Program-made: the position numbers and the translations under genes
Assembly (NCBI RefSeq): GCF_052425735.1
Contig: NC_135764.1
Coordinates: 20,522,001-20,586,000, forward strand
Source: Oculina patagonica
Taxonomy: Eukaryota
Direction: 5' to 3'
DNA length: 64,000 bases
In this document: positions 38,835 through 49,638 of the stretch, piece after piece
How the letters are laid out: the number at the start of each line of letters is the position of its first letter
How positions within the stretch are numbered: position 1 is the stretch's first letter
The notes under the pieces: generated by a model
Database searches by the model: none
The model's input: only the letters and a program-made list of their open reading frames with translations
What the model was told of the DNA's origin: nothing

Positions 38835-41800
38835 GAGCTCAACTTCAGTTTCTATAGCATGGAGCAACTAGCAGCGTTGCTATTCTCCTTGGTTGAGAAG
38901 CTACATGTACATGTACATATGTAGTTAAAGGCCAGTTATACCCAGTATTTTGTCAATTCACCCCAACATTTAATTGGTACCCATTCATATTGTGTTGTCC
39001 CAGAAAATATCCATACCCACCCCATGGCAAAGTATGAAGCAAAGTATGAAGCTTAACTGGAATTTCTGGATGGGTGGGGGGATTTATACCAAAAATCTTC
39101 GGTAGGAGGGGTATGGATATACATTCTGGAACAACACATTCCTGGGTGGAAGGAGGTCCACTTGATTCACTGGGAGGCATAAAATTGTTTGTTTGCGCTT
39201 GTAATGGTTAGTGAAATTTTCTTCTAGCACCGGAAGAAGACCTACTAGCATTGGGATAATGGACAGGAGGTTTGTTGTGTCCTTAAATTCAAACAGAAGA
39301 TGTAACTTTCAGCTAGAATGTAAAAAATATTCAAAAGATTGAGGGATCGAGGGACACTAATCAAGGATGGTGTCCTTATATTAACATTGTTTTCTCAGCA
39401 CGCATATTACCGGTAAGTTACAATCCTCATTTATGTTTACTTACCTTTCTGCTGAACCTCATGTAAGGCATAAGTGGTTTCTCTGGAGGTTTTGGTGGCT
39501 TTGGAATTCGAATATCAGATGCCTGTCAATCAACAATAAGATTTCAATGATATTTCTTTGTTAAATGCACTTATCAAATAAATATTAAAACTTTGACCCT
39601 TATCCCGGGACTGCTATTTTGTGTGTACATTTTTGATGTGTGCAAGGGTTTCACTTGACTTTGCTTCCAGTGTCTTGATACATGTAGGTTAGGAAAACAA
39701 TATACACTTAGTGTCTGGTCCCGAGGGAAACAGTTAGATTTGTTTTCCCAAGAGACTCGATGTTTCCCTCGACTTCAGGAAACATCAAGACTCTTGGGAA
39801 AACAAAACTAACTGTTTCTCGAGGGAACAGACATTAAGTGCTTTGTTATACATCCCAAGGATGAAAACGAATAAATGAACAACGAACAACGACTAAATGA
39901 GCGTTAACAACAGCATGCTCGAGCACGACTTTATTTCTTCTATAAAACACTGCAAATGTACGACAAATACATTGCAAAATACGTACATAAGAAAGCAAAG
40001 AACCGACTTACTTTCCAGGCATTTTCGCAAATCCTTCTGCTCTAAAAGTTTTTTGTCTTCGTGTTTCGAATGAAAAGTAGAAAGCGTCGGTTTTAGCCTC
40101 GAACTGTTCCACTGTGTTTCACGCATTTTCGAAGAACAAGCAACAAATTTCCTGGAATCGCCGAGAAGTGAGTTTCAAAAACACAATCACACCACCGGCC
40201 TTGGTCAAATTTTGATCACATGCTTTTTCTGGTCATTGATCACATTCAGGTCAATGTATCCTGATCAGGATTCATTTGATGGAAATGTTTCCCGATCGGG
40301 ATACATTTAAATTTATGCAAGGTCACGTGATCATGAATCAGCCAATGAGAATCGTCTTTAGAGCAAGAAAAACTGCGGATGTATAACAACAAAGATTTGA
40401 CAGTGTGTAATAAAATATAAATAAAATGTTAATAAAAAGTGGGTTTTATAAAAAAAGTAAAACTGAAAAGAACTTTCTTAGGCCCCTCCATGTTCCATGT
40501 CTTGTAAGCAAGGTTTGTTTCTATTTGACTTTCTCAGTGGCAAAATGAAAAAAAGAATCAAAATCAGTTTGTTCCAGCTCATGGCTTTCAAGTGTACATG
40601 TACACTGTACCGAACACTTTTTTTAATGTAAAATAGGTTGGTGGAAAACAGAGTTTAAAAGAAAACTCTTAAAATTTAAGGTACACATTATTTTGGGTTA
40701 TAATCAACATGCCGTAAGCCACATTAAGATACAAAATAAATTAAAATAATCTGCACCTTACCTGTGAGATTAATCTCTGGGTTGCAAACCTTGGCTGTCC
40801 ATAGCTCATCTGCCCCCACTGGTTTGGAGCCTACAAATTAGTACCAAATAAACTTCAATGAGCAATCTGTTAGATAACATTAGGTCCGATAATGAAAGGC
40901 TTTTAAAAGGCTTTAATTACTGTAAATGATCTAATAAACGCCCACTCTCAAATAAACGCCTCGTATCTACAGTAATAAACGCTCCCCATGAGGAATAAAG
41001 TTTGTATTAGACGCCCCTCTCTAATAAACGCCCCGTGTCTACTAGACGCCCCTCCAAGGATCGCCTCAAAAACCAAGGCAACGCTCCATAGAGTAAAATC
41101 ACGTACCAGTAATTTATTTAGTTTCTTGCTTTATTCGAACATCGTAGAGGCCAACGATACCAACATGGTTGACCCCAATGTCGATGAAAACATCGATATC
41201 AAACTATGAACGACATCTCCAAGCTTTGCATTAGCGCAGAATAGATTAGACTCCTACTCACAAACTCTGTGTTCTGTCTTACTCCACGCCGGCGAACTTC
41301 GTGTCTTATTTGTTTTGTAGACGTTGTTTCCGTTAATGTGAAATAAACGCCTCTCTCTAATAAACACCTCATATCTATTTAACGCCCCCCTGTAGGACCC
41401 CTAAAATTTAATAGACGCCCCGGGCATTTATTAGATCATTAACGGTAATGGTGGTTTATTTTTGAGGGACTGCATCCCAACCAAAACTTGGGTGCAATAA
41501 GTGGTAAATTGGTTAACAAAAACATTAAAATATATTAATCGTACACAAGATTTTAGTTCTAGAGTCACTAAATGAACCTCAAAAGTCTCTGAACAAACCA
41601 TAACAGCATAAAATAACAAAACAAGCTCAAAACAAGCTCTACTAACAGCAGAGACCTTATAAACAAAATAAATCATATTGTCCAACTTTTACTCTAAATC
41701 CATAGGCTTATAATGAGTTTAGAATTATTTTCTGAGCGCGTTGTTTATTAAGTTTTTGGGATGAGGATATTGAGAGGGACTTTTTATAAGAATTCTATGG

Positions 41801-42678
41801 TATTTTAGCTGAAATGAGCCCAATTTTCCTTTGATAATATTTAAATATTTTATTTCAATAATGAAGAGTTAAAAAACAAACCTGTCCCATCATTGCCTGA
41901 GGACCAGGGTGATAAGGTGGACGAAATCTTGCTACAGGGAAAGAAATTAAGTAAAAAGAAAAAAAAAAAGGAAATGTTACAGGTGGCTGAAGTATTTACT
42001 TGCCCAAATTTATGTCATGGTTTTTACGAATGTATCTGATGTCAGTGATTTGGCATTGCCAATGTACATGTAACAGCATCGTAACACCACTGTACATGTT
42101 ACATTGGATTCCAAAAACACTGTGATTTGAATTGTGTTTTGCTATCCAGCAAAATGGCTGCCTAAAACATTACATGATATGTTATGATCATTGTTTTCAT
42201 TAATATGTGTTGTAACCAAAATTAAATGAAACTGATTCTAAACATATATGTGCACAAACTTGACCAGCAAAATTTGTTGTACGAAAGTGACTATTATGAA
42301 TGTAAATATTACGAAACGAGCTTAAAACATTGTATGACTATTATATTGGCTACAAGTTTGTCAATTTCGGAAAGAAACAAGGTTTTCTATCTGATAAACA
42401 ACAACTTTAACAATGTACCAATCAATAAATCTTGAGCAACACTTTGAATTGGTTACGAAAAGCAAGACGTAGCTTACAAAAAATCACTAGTTATTACAGT
42501 ACAAACAATGTTTCAAAATATAAAATTCAGTATCTATGCTTTCTAGCTATGAAATGCTCACAAACCAAAATCGAATTTTCGTTTCGATACAACTGCTAAA
42601 CCCGGAACCCACACGATACGAAAACACGAGTGTTATTTACAAAGATTTCACGTAAAAATTCTTACCAGCCTGCGCCAT
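31264..42678 (-). CDS. SMARCE1: SWI/SNF (BAF) complex HMG-box subunit SMARCE1/BAF57, 13 coding exons, 304 aa
   Basis: Exons (minus strand, all GT-AG, phases consistent): 42666-42678, 41882-41931, 40762-40830, 39445-39522, 35878-35979, 35547-35576, 34276-34351, 33521-33585, 32727-32775, 32415-32525, 31824-31885, 31509-31610, 31264-31371 (915 nt). The translation includes [49 protein letters not shown] (HMG box), [34 protein letters not shown] (NHRLI-type domain) and [20 protein letters not shown] (coiled coil), matching BAF57. Confidence 0.95.
33156..33440. mobile_element. MITE (TAGAGCGGTTTTCA termini) in SMARCE1 intron
   Basis: TIR TAGAGCGGTTTTCACTTGAGTGTCG / CGACACTCAATTAAAAACTGCTCTA with internal GATTGG/CCAATC motifs. 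It explains the spurious ORFs 33063-33359 and 33175-33429. Confidence 0.85.
34019..34193. mobile_element. Tc1/mariner-type MITE (TTCGAG subrepeats), TA TSD
   Basis: TIR CAGTCGAATCCCGATAACTCGAACC / GGTTCGAGTTATCGGGATTCAACTG with TA flanks. Same family at 51475-51662, and a decayed copy ends at about 33986. Confidence 0.9.
35030..35420. mobile_element. Decayed MITE (AAGCGACCAC-like subrepeats)
   Basis: Repeated TAAGnnACCAC motifs and a GGTTTGACTGT terminus. Confidence 0.5.
36343..37550. mobile_element. Unclassified 1.2-kb TTAA-flanked insertion
   Basis: TTAA at 36339-36342 and 37551-37554. Subterminal 13-bp inverted repeat TCGACGTTTTTGC (36365) / GCAAAAACGTCGA (37519). Three TCTCAAGGGA repeats with 21-bp spacing. 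Confidence 0.55.
37561..38628. mobile_element. Foldback element with about 300-380-bp inverted arms, 3-bp TAG TSD
   Basis: The left arm (about 37561-37870) and right arm (about 38245-38628) are reverse complements (TACCGTCGCTTRCATCTAAGC.., GAAGTTTAGCAGACCGTAACGGCAAC, GGTCACGTGGGTTACAGCTGTCAAATGAAA). TAG at 37558-37560 and 38629-38631. Confidence 0.9.
38833..38990 (-). mobile_element. Decayed SINE 3' fragment (same family as 47312)
   Basis: GTTTCTATAGCATGGAGCAACTAG..CCCCAACATTTAATTGGTACCCATTCATA resembles the reverse complement of the SINE body (shared AATGGGTACC). Confidence 0.55.
38991..39138. mobile_element. MITE (CCAGAAAATATCCATACC family)
   Basis: TIR TGTGTTGTCCCAGAAAATATCCATACCC / GGGTATGGATATACATTCTGGAACAACACA. 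A related copy lies at 60809-60985. Confidence 0.8.
39705..40389. mobile_element. Hairpin-headed non-autonomous element (unclassified)
   Basis: A hairpin with about 65-bp arms (39705-39840) is followed by TTGTTATACATCC (39843), which recurs inverted as GGATGTATAACAA at about 40377-40389. Confidence 0.7.
40920..41445. mobile_element. TA-TSD MITE with AATAAACGCC subrepeats
   Basis: TIR CTGTAAATGATCTAATAAACGCCC / GGGCATTTATTAGATCATTAACGG with TA flanks. Confidence 0.85.
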
Positions 42679-43815
42679 TGCGGCCGCCGAGCTTCCTTGA
42701 AATGGCTGAGACAAAGGACTCTGGCCAAACTGTCGGTAATCTCGGGCAACACGCGGCGATGCTCCTAATGGTAAAGACATGTGTTCTCGGCTTTGTTGTG
42801 TCTAGAGTTTCACAGCTCTAAGCACAGGTCACGCGGTGCGCATTAAAAAGTAATCCTTTTTGACAGTCTGTTTGTCTTCCTGTCCGAGTTGGCTTTCACT
42901 TTGCTTATCTTGAAATTAGAATAAGCCCTGCTGATGAAGATAATTTGGAAAATTCACACAAAAAGCTGGATGCTGTGCGTGATAATCTCGTCCGCCATAT
43001 TTGTAACTCATAATGAGCATGCGTGAATTTGCTGAACACTTCGCGCGAGTCGCGGGCTCAATAGGAAGAAAAAAGAACAAAATGTCTAAAACGCCAAGTG
43101 AAGGGAAAGTGGGCTGCATGTTTTCAAAAATTAATCAAGAAAATCCAAAGTATTTGTTCTTTATTGGTCGAAAGAATGTGGAGAGCGTCCACGTACGAGC
43201 CCGCGTGAAAGAAAAGCATTTTTTCTACATCGCTTCTGAAAAGAAGAGACTGGTTGTACGCAGCCCCTGTATTTTTCACAATGGAATTTTTTTCAAATAA
43301 AACTTTTAACGATGGATACCTTAAGCAAGAATGAGCTATACTACTGAAGGAGTACTCCTTTATTTGGCTAAACGGGAACTCAGGCCGGTGTAGCTGGGGT
43401 CGAAAGTGACGTCACTCGTTTTTTCGCATTTACCCTAGCCTTTTTCTATCGCTACTTTCGAGATACGCAACTTTGGAGAAGTCCCTACTTTCCGGTAGCA
43501 TGGGCCGTGATTGTCGGAGATAACATAACCTTTGCTTAAAATTTATACGTCCCAGAACCGTTCCCTAAATGATAGCACTTCCATACGACCCTCAGCCGGC
43601 AAGACGTTCCCAGCAGCTTTATGTGTATTTATAACTGAAAACAGCAAAATGCAACGAAAAAGATGACTTTTTAGGGATAGTATTGATGTGATATTAGGGT
43701 GAAAGGGTCAAAATAAAAGTAAATTTTTTTGGATAAAGCAGGGTAACGAATGAACGAATTTTACCTAAAACAGGACTTAATTACTCAGCGGCACCACCCT
43801 ACCAGCTTCCGTTAA

Positions 43816-44762
43816 CTCATTTCTTACCAAGTTTTTTTTGCAGGTATTAAGACCGGGTGGAATAGGTTGCGTTTAATGGCTCATAACTCAGAAAGTATTA
43901 CACTTTCACAGATTAAGTATATATATTTTGGATCCTCGATAGTTACTCTACAGGATAGGGTTAATATTTTACATATCTGAAGTTAATTATTAACAGAATT
44001 ATGACAAACTCAACCCTATTTGTCACAAAATGCTTGTTTTTCTCACTTTACAGGGCGTTCTGGGAATATTTTGTTATATTTTGCTACAAATATAGTCGTA
44101 ATTTTTTAGAGTTGTTCCTTGCCTTTGATAAAAGATACAAAAGTACACGAAAACGACACAAAATTCGTCGAAATCACATATAATTGTGTCACGGCAATTG
44201 CGTGACAGAACGCGCGACGGGCATAAATTTGCATAGACGATTGTTATCGCCTCAGTAGTTCACTAATTATGCTCGTACACGGATTCCATTATTCCAGGAG
44301 TTATTCCTGCCTGATTTCGGCTCATTTCGGCTTGAATTTTCCACTTCAGCACTGAAACTTGATCTTTCGCCACGTGGACTGTTATTTTCGGAATATTCTT
44401 CTCGATCGTGGTGAAAATAGCGCTTGAATGTATCGGAATAGTTTGATTTGAAATCCGAACGGCTTAATTCACTCTCAGAACCACTTTCTTCAGCGAAAAT
44501 CCGCTCCAACTCTTCTTTACGCATAAACAAAGCGGCATTTAAACTTACTGGCGATCAAATAACACAAGCACGATAATTTTCTCGCTAAAAATCTCGCTAA
44601 ATCCTCTCATCCACGTTTCTTTCCTCAGTGATCGTGGGTTTTCCTTATTTACTAGTTGTCAATTGATTTTCACCCCCTCTGGCAAACAATTGCGTCATTT
44701 ATTGCCAAAATAATCTTCACGTGTCTCAGGAGCCGATATATCGGCTTCTGGTAAGATATGAG
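43816..44762 (-). mobile_element. piggyBac-like internal deletion derivative
   Basis: TTAA TSD (43812-43815, 44763-44766) and TIR CTCATWTCTTACCA. A residual acidic N-terminal ORF fragment (..EELERIFAEESGSESELS.., 44267-44538, frameshifted near the ATG) resembles piggyBac transposase N-termini. Confidence 0.75.
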
Positions 44763-44777
44763 TTAAGGGATCGTTAA

Positions 44778-45247
44778 AGGCTGGCTCTCATACAATCGCC
44801 CCAATCGTTTCTATCGACTATGTCACTTCAAAAAGTTTTCTTGCGATTAGACCGATCAGAGCGATTAAGCAATTATATGAGAACATTACACAGACGATCG
44901 CTAACGTCTGCGGCGATTGGGGCGATCACGATCACTTGGATCGCCCGTGTTCTACCCTTCTAGCTTCTCTTTCCCTTCTTTGCCGTAAAACTGTTATAAC
45001 TGAGAGGATAGCCAAGAAGTTTGATCTTTCATTGAGGGCTGTCATTGTGTTGGATCTAGGGCCAAAATGATTGTTTTTCGTAGGTCTTCGCTCATACGAG
45101 GCTGAGCCCCGGGGGGGGGTTTTTTGATCGGGACGACCATATGAGAACCACCGATCGCCTCCAACCGATTCAATCGCCTATCGTCTCAGTTTTTGCAAAC
45201 GATGGATACGATAGAAGCGATCGGGGAGATCATATGAGAACCAACCT
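44778..45247. mobile_element. PIF/Harbinger MITE, TAA TSD
   Basis: TIR AGGCTGGCTCTCATA / TATGAGAACCAACCT, TAA flanks and CGATCG subrepeats. Confidence 0.85.
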
Positions 45248-46824
45248 TAAATGCCCTCTTCACCCATCCACAATCCTATAGCCTCCTACGCTGACGTTCT
45301 TTGGGTTCGCCACGAATCCCGGAGCCATTCAATCATGACAGCGTGACATGAGAGGAATTGCTACGTTTTACTGATTTTTTCAGAAAACTGAATAAAACTG
45401 TACGATGTACATTATTTACAAGCACCACTTATTTACTCCAGTTTTCAATTGATTAAATTTAGAGACTTCAGTAACAGCTTTTAGTAACCTTTTTTTATGT
45501 AAATGTCCTATTTACAAGATTTAAAATCTCTCTGATAACGAAGACATGGTTTAAGTCTTCAATTATTTTTTTATGTTACAAAGTTGACTTCGTTAGGAGT
45601 CGCATAAAGAATCTTATAAAATAGTAACGATTTCTTGTTAAATAAACTTCATAGATTAATCAATATGTACAAGCCATATGGCGTAAAATAATTAATACGA
45701 TATTCCAGATCTCCATACTACTAAAAATCTATTAACATCAGCATACAGTTATTGAAATCGAAACTCTCCGGCTTCTGTTTGTTTTTTATACTAAAATTCT
45801 CCAGAATTCAGGTGAACAGCCAAGTCAAAAGGATAGCAAACCAGGGCTCCTGGACAAACCTAAACATTTAAGTGCCGATCAAAAAACAAATTCTTTCAAG
45901 TGGAATTGCGTAGCCGAAATGTTAGAAAAATTGCGAGGAGTTTCCATGTTCATCTCAATACAAAATTGTCCAATTCTCGGAGTACAGTTCGTCTAAATTA
46001 GAAGACGTTCCTTTAAAGAGACGAAGACGGCAATCTATTTCTCATGACCGTTTCGAAAAGACCAGATTTAACACCGAAGTAAGCAATTTCGATTCATCTG
46101 AATATGCGCATATAAAATCTGATTCTTGTTCAAGTGAACTGTTAAAATTAAAATTATAATCAATAAATTGACCATTTGGTCATTCCAGAAGAATACAAAC
46201 CATCACCTTACTTTTATATACAGTCAACAGAAAAGGTCAAGTAAGATATCTCTACAGAGTTGCCCGTTTGGGAACAATTGCAAAGCAACAAGAAAACTTC
46301 GTACAACACGTAGTGAAAAGAGAAGAGCAGTGACGTCAATTTCCAAGAAATTCTAGAAATTGCATAAAAAATCCGGCCGATTTTACCGTTAATACGTTTG
46401 ACTAAACTTACTATAAAAAATCCTGCTTTCAGGATCCTGCTTGGAATCCTTAAATCGTCGTTAAATTTTCGGGCCAATTCGGCAAAAGCTTATCTTCGAA
46501 TAGCTTTTCACCTTTAGAAAAGATCTGATTGGTTTTCACCTAGGACTGTTTTTCGTGAGGTTTTCGCGCTATTACGGAAAACGTTCGGTTCCTTTTTAAC
46601 TCAGAACTTCAAGACACTAAGAACCTAATTGGTATGCCGTTAGGACACTTGCGAGTTTTAAAAATCGCGTTGCCCCTTATACGAAACTGTTCCATAAAAA
46701 ACCCATTGTTTCCCTCAAAAGAAAACCACGTTTTTCCTCGCATGGGTGAATTGAAGAAATTATAAAATGCTCAAGCATTTTGCCGTAGCCATCCAGGCTG
46801 ACTCTCAGAAGATAGTACAATGTT

Positions 46825-49638
46825 TCAGTAGTTATCTATGACCATAAACACTAACACATAGCTGTCTGCAGGGAGAGTTTCATCATATCTGTTGTTATTG
46901 TCTTTTTCCGGTTCGTAGTACTGGGATGTGATTCCCTGGGATATTAATTTCCATTTCCTTTTTGTGACCAGTTCCTCGCATTTTAATCTGTAGATGTTGT
47001 GAGCACTGTCAAACTGTGCGGCGTTCATCGTGAAGCAAACAATTCCACCTGAAATACACACACAAAATGAGGAGTTATAAAACGAAAACCAAACAAGATC
47101 CCAGTCCCACGCCTTCCCTTCTCACTCACTCTATTTGGCGCGAAATTTCATGACGTCACCGTATGACGCACAACCCTCTCTCAGGCCCTAACCAGGTCAG
47201 TAACGGGAATTTTAAGAAAAGGATACAACGTTGATATATTCTGGTATGAAAAGTTGTGTATTTTGAGAGTGTTTATTGACGTTTAGGTGCTCGTTTAGTA
47301 AGTGGCCTTATGGGAACGCGGTGGCCTAGTGTTTTGTGCGTTAGACTCCGGATCGAGTGGTCCGGTACGAGCGTACGAGCCCTGGCCGGAACACTGCTTG
47401 CGCTGTGTTCTTAGGCAAGAAACTTTACTCTCATAATGCCTATCTTCGTCCAGGTGTATAAATGGGTACCAGCGAATTTACTAGTGTCCCATCCAGGGAG
47501 AGTAGAAATAATCCGAATAAGCTCCAGCCTGATAGACAACTAGCATCGTTTGCAGACTTTACCTTTACCTTAGTAAAGATGGAATGGGAAATAGGTTACA
47601 TGTCAATTCTATTCTTTAAGTCACATACAAAAATACGAATTCACAACTCAAAGGCTTACAAAAACTACCTGGTTTCACAAGGCGCAGCATCTCGTCCATT
47701 GCATCAGGATCCACTTCGTCCGGAAAAACGCCATCCGCGCAGATTACGGCGTCGAACGCGCCTGTGGCACACAAAGTGGAGTCCGCTTTTAATGCGGTGA
47801 AGAGAAGGTTTCTGTAGAGACCACTCCGCTCAGCCCGGTCAAGTCTCTCTTTAGATACCGTCAAGGCATCAATGTTAGTGTACCCCAGAGACCGCAGGTA
47901 GGACCCGGTTGAACCTTGCCCGGCGCCCGCGTCCAGTATGCGAACGGACGACCTGTTTTTAGGAAACGCGTCCGTCACGGCAGCATCAAAATACTCTGTG
48001 CAACTAGAGAGAAAAAGTAATTTCGGTTAAATTGGAAACTTGTGTGTAGTCAATGAATGAAGAAACGCACATGACACAATGAACTAATCAGAACTCGGAG
48101 CGGAAGCACTAAGCACGGTAAAACGCATGCAAACCAAAGGTAGACTTGCTCCAAGTCCCTGAGCCTGTTCCAGGCGTTCGGTTAGTTGGGGGCAGCGTAA
48201 AAAACGGCGAGCGAAAAAAATAAAATTAGACAACCGACACGCATATCCGGTAACATGACCCCCTCTGCGGAGCCGTCGTTCTTAACTTGTTTGACACTGC
48301 AAACAAGTCTGCGTCGCTTGTAACTTTTTATTACATACAAAGTAATTCACTGACGCTGCCAAGTAACCTGTACAAGATGAAGAATTTGCATTACTGGAAC
48401 AACATGTAAATTGTCAATTTCAGCTGTAAAATACATGGAAATTTCTGGTGGCCGTTCCGCCATCCGACCTATGCCAATGGTCCAGTCCGGTTCTGTCCAA
48501 TCCAATATTTTGCTGAGCTTTATGAGCAGCACGTGAAAGGCATGTTGTCGATTCGTGTTATGTACAGGTACAATCGGATCAGAGCAAAACAAACGAAAAC
48601 ATTTTGATAACTGGGCTTAAGCCAGGAGAAAATAATTAATTAAAGATATAATTTCAGTTGAATGTTTTTTACGATATAAGCAGTTTTGCCGTGAGATTCG
48701 AATGGAAATGGTTACACTAAAAAATATACGGCCGTGGCTCTCAAAGAATTTCCTGTGAAACCAAAACAAAGCGTATAAAATTTACAAGCTACGTACAAAA
48801 TTTAAAGCTCCCAAAATCGGCAAAATTTGTGGAGTACTAACTAGTCCACAACCCAGCAAAGGTACGTTCTCGATAAGCATTCTTGCACCAAATTACAACG
48901 TTTTAAGAAAAACTTGTTTTGTGCTAATTTCTTATATTAATCAATTTCGGACAGTAAATTGCAAAAATCAATATTTTGCGGGTCAAGAGACCCCTGATTT
49001 CATTTTAATTCTATTATTCGCTCAAACACATAGCACATCAGCTTCAGATCATTTCTCTCCATGTTGCTATCCTAACATTTTCTTGACTAAAAGTAATATA
49101 TTGTCTTTGAAAAGCCTTCTTGAGGAAAGTCAATAAAGTACGTAAGAAATATTGCATCCTCGCGAAGTGTGATCTGTTTCAGTGATGTGTTGATGTATGC
49201 AATTTTGTACGATGCGAAGGAAATATAAATAAATGTTGTACCAAAGTCCGATTCGTGCCTGGTCTAATTTTTGCCAAAGATGTCCCGTTATTGAATAAAG
49301 AAAACAATTCTGTTTCTTTTTTGCCATAAATGCTTGCTACGGGAAAGTCGTACGTGTTCAGTAGCTGGTTTGTTATTAAAATACCCGCTGTGTAGTAAAG
49401 ATACAGTACAACTTCAGAGTACAACTTGTTACGCATGTAGTAAAAACAGAAAAATTCGATTCACTGAAGCATGATTAACTGTTATCTCTTAAAAAATATC
49501 GAATTATAACATGCCAAAAATCATTTTAAACAGCTACAACCTGCCACCAACCCGCAACGGATGAATCGAGTAAAACATCGACTTGGTGAAATGGTTCAAA
49601 ACTAACCTGACCCGCTCTCCCGATTGTGTATTAGTCAT
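46825..49638 (-). CDS. Class I SAM-dependent methyltransferase-like protein, METTL27/WBSCR27-like (divergent), 3 exons, 196 aa
   Basis: Exons 49607-49638 (ATG in gaagccATGA context, gttagt donor), 47669-48003 and 46825-47048 join in frame (591 nt). Motifs are RILDAGAGQG (motif I), LGYTNIDAL, FDAVIC (motif II) and EMLRLVKPGGIVCF (motif III). The first exon is inferred from phase and splice signals and is less certain. Confidence 0.8.
47312..47572 (+). mobile_element. tRNA-derived SINE in methyltransferase intron 2
   Basis: Head GGGAACGCGGTGGCCTAGTG (A box) ..GTACGAGCCCTGGCC (decayed B box), core TTAGGCAAGAAACTTTACTCTC..CCAGGTGTATAAATGGGTACC and a (CTTTAC)n tail. Confidence 0.8.
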
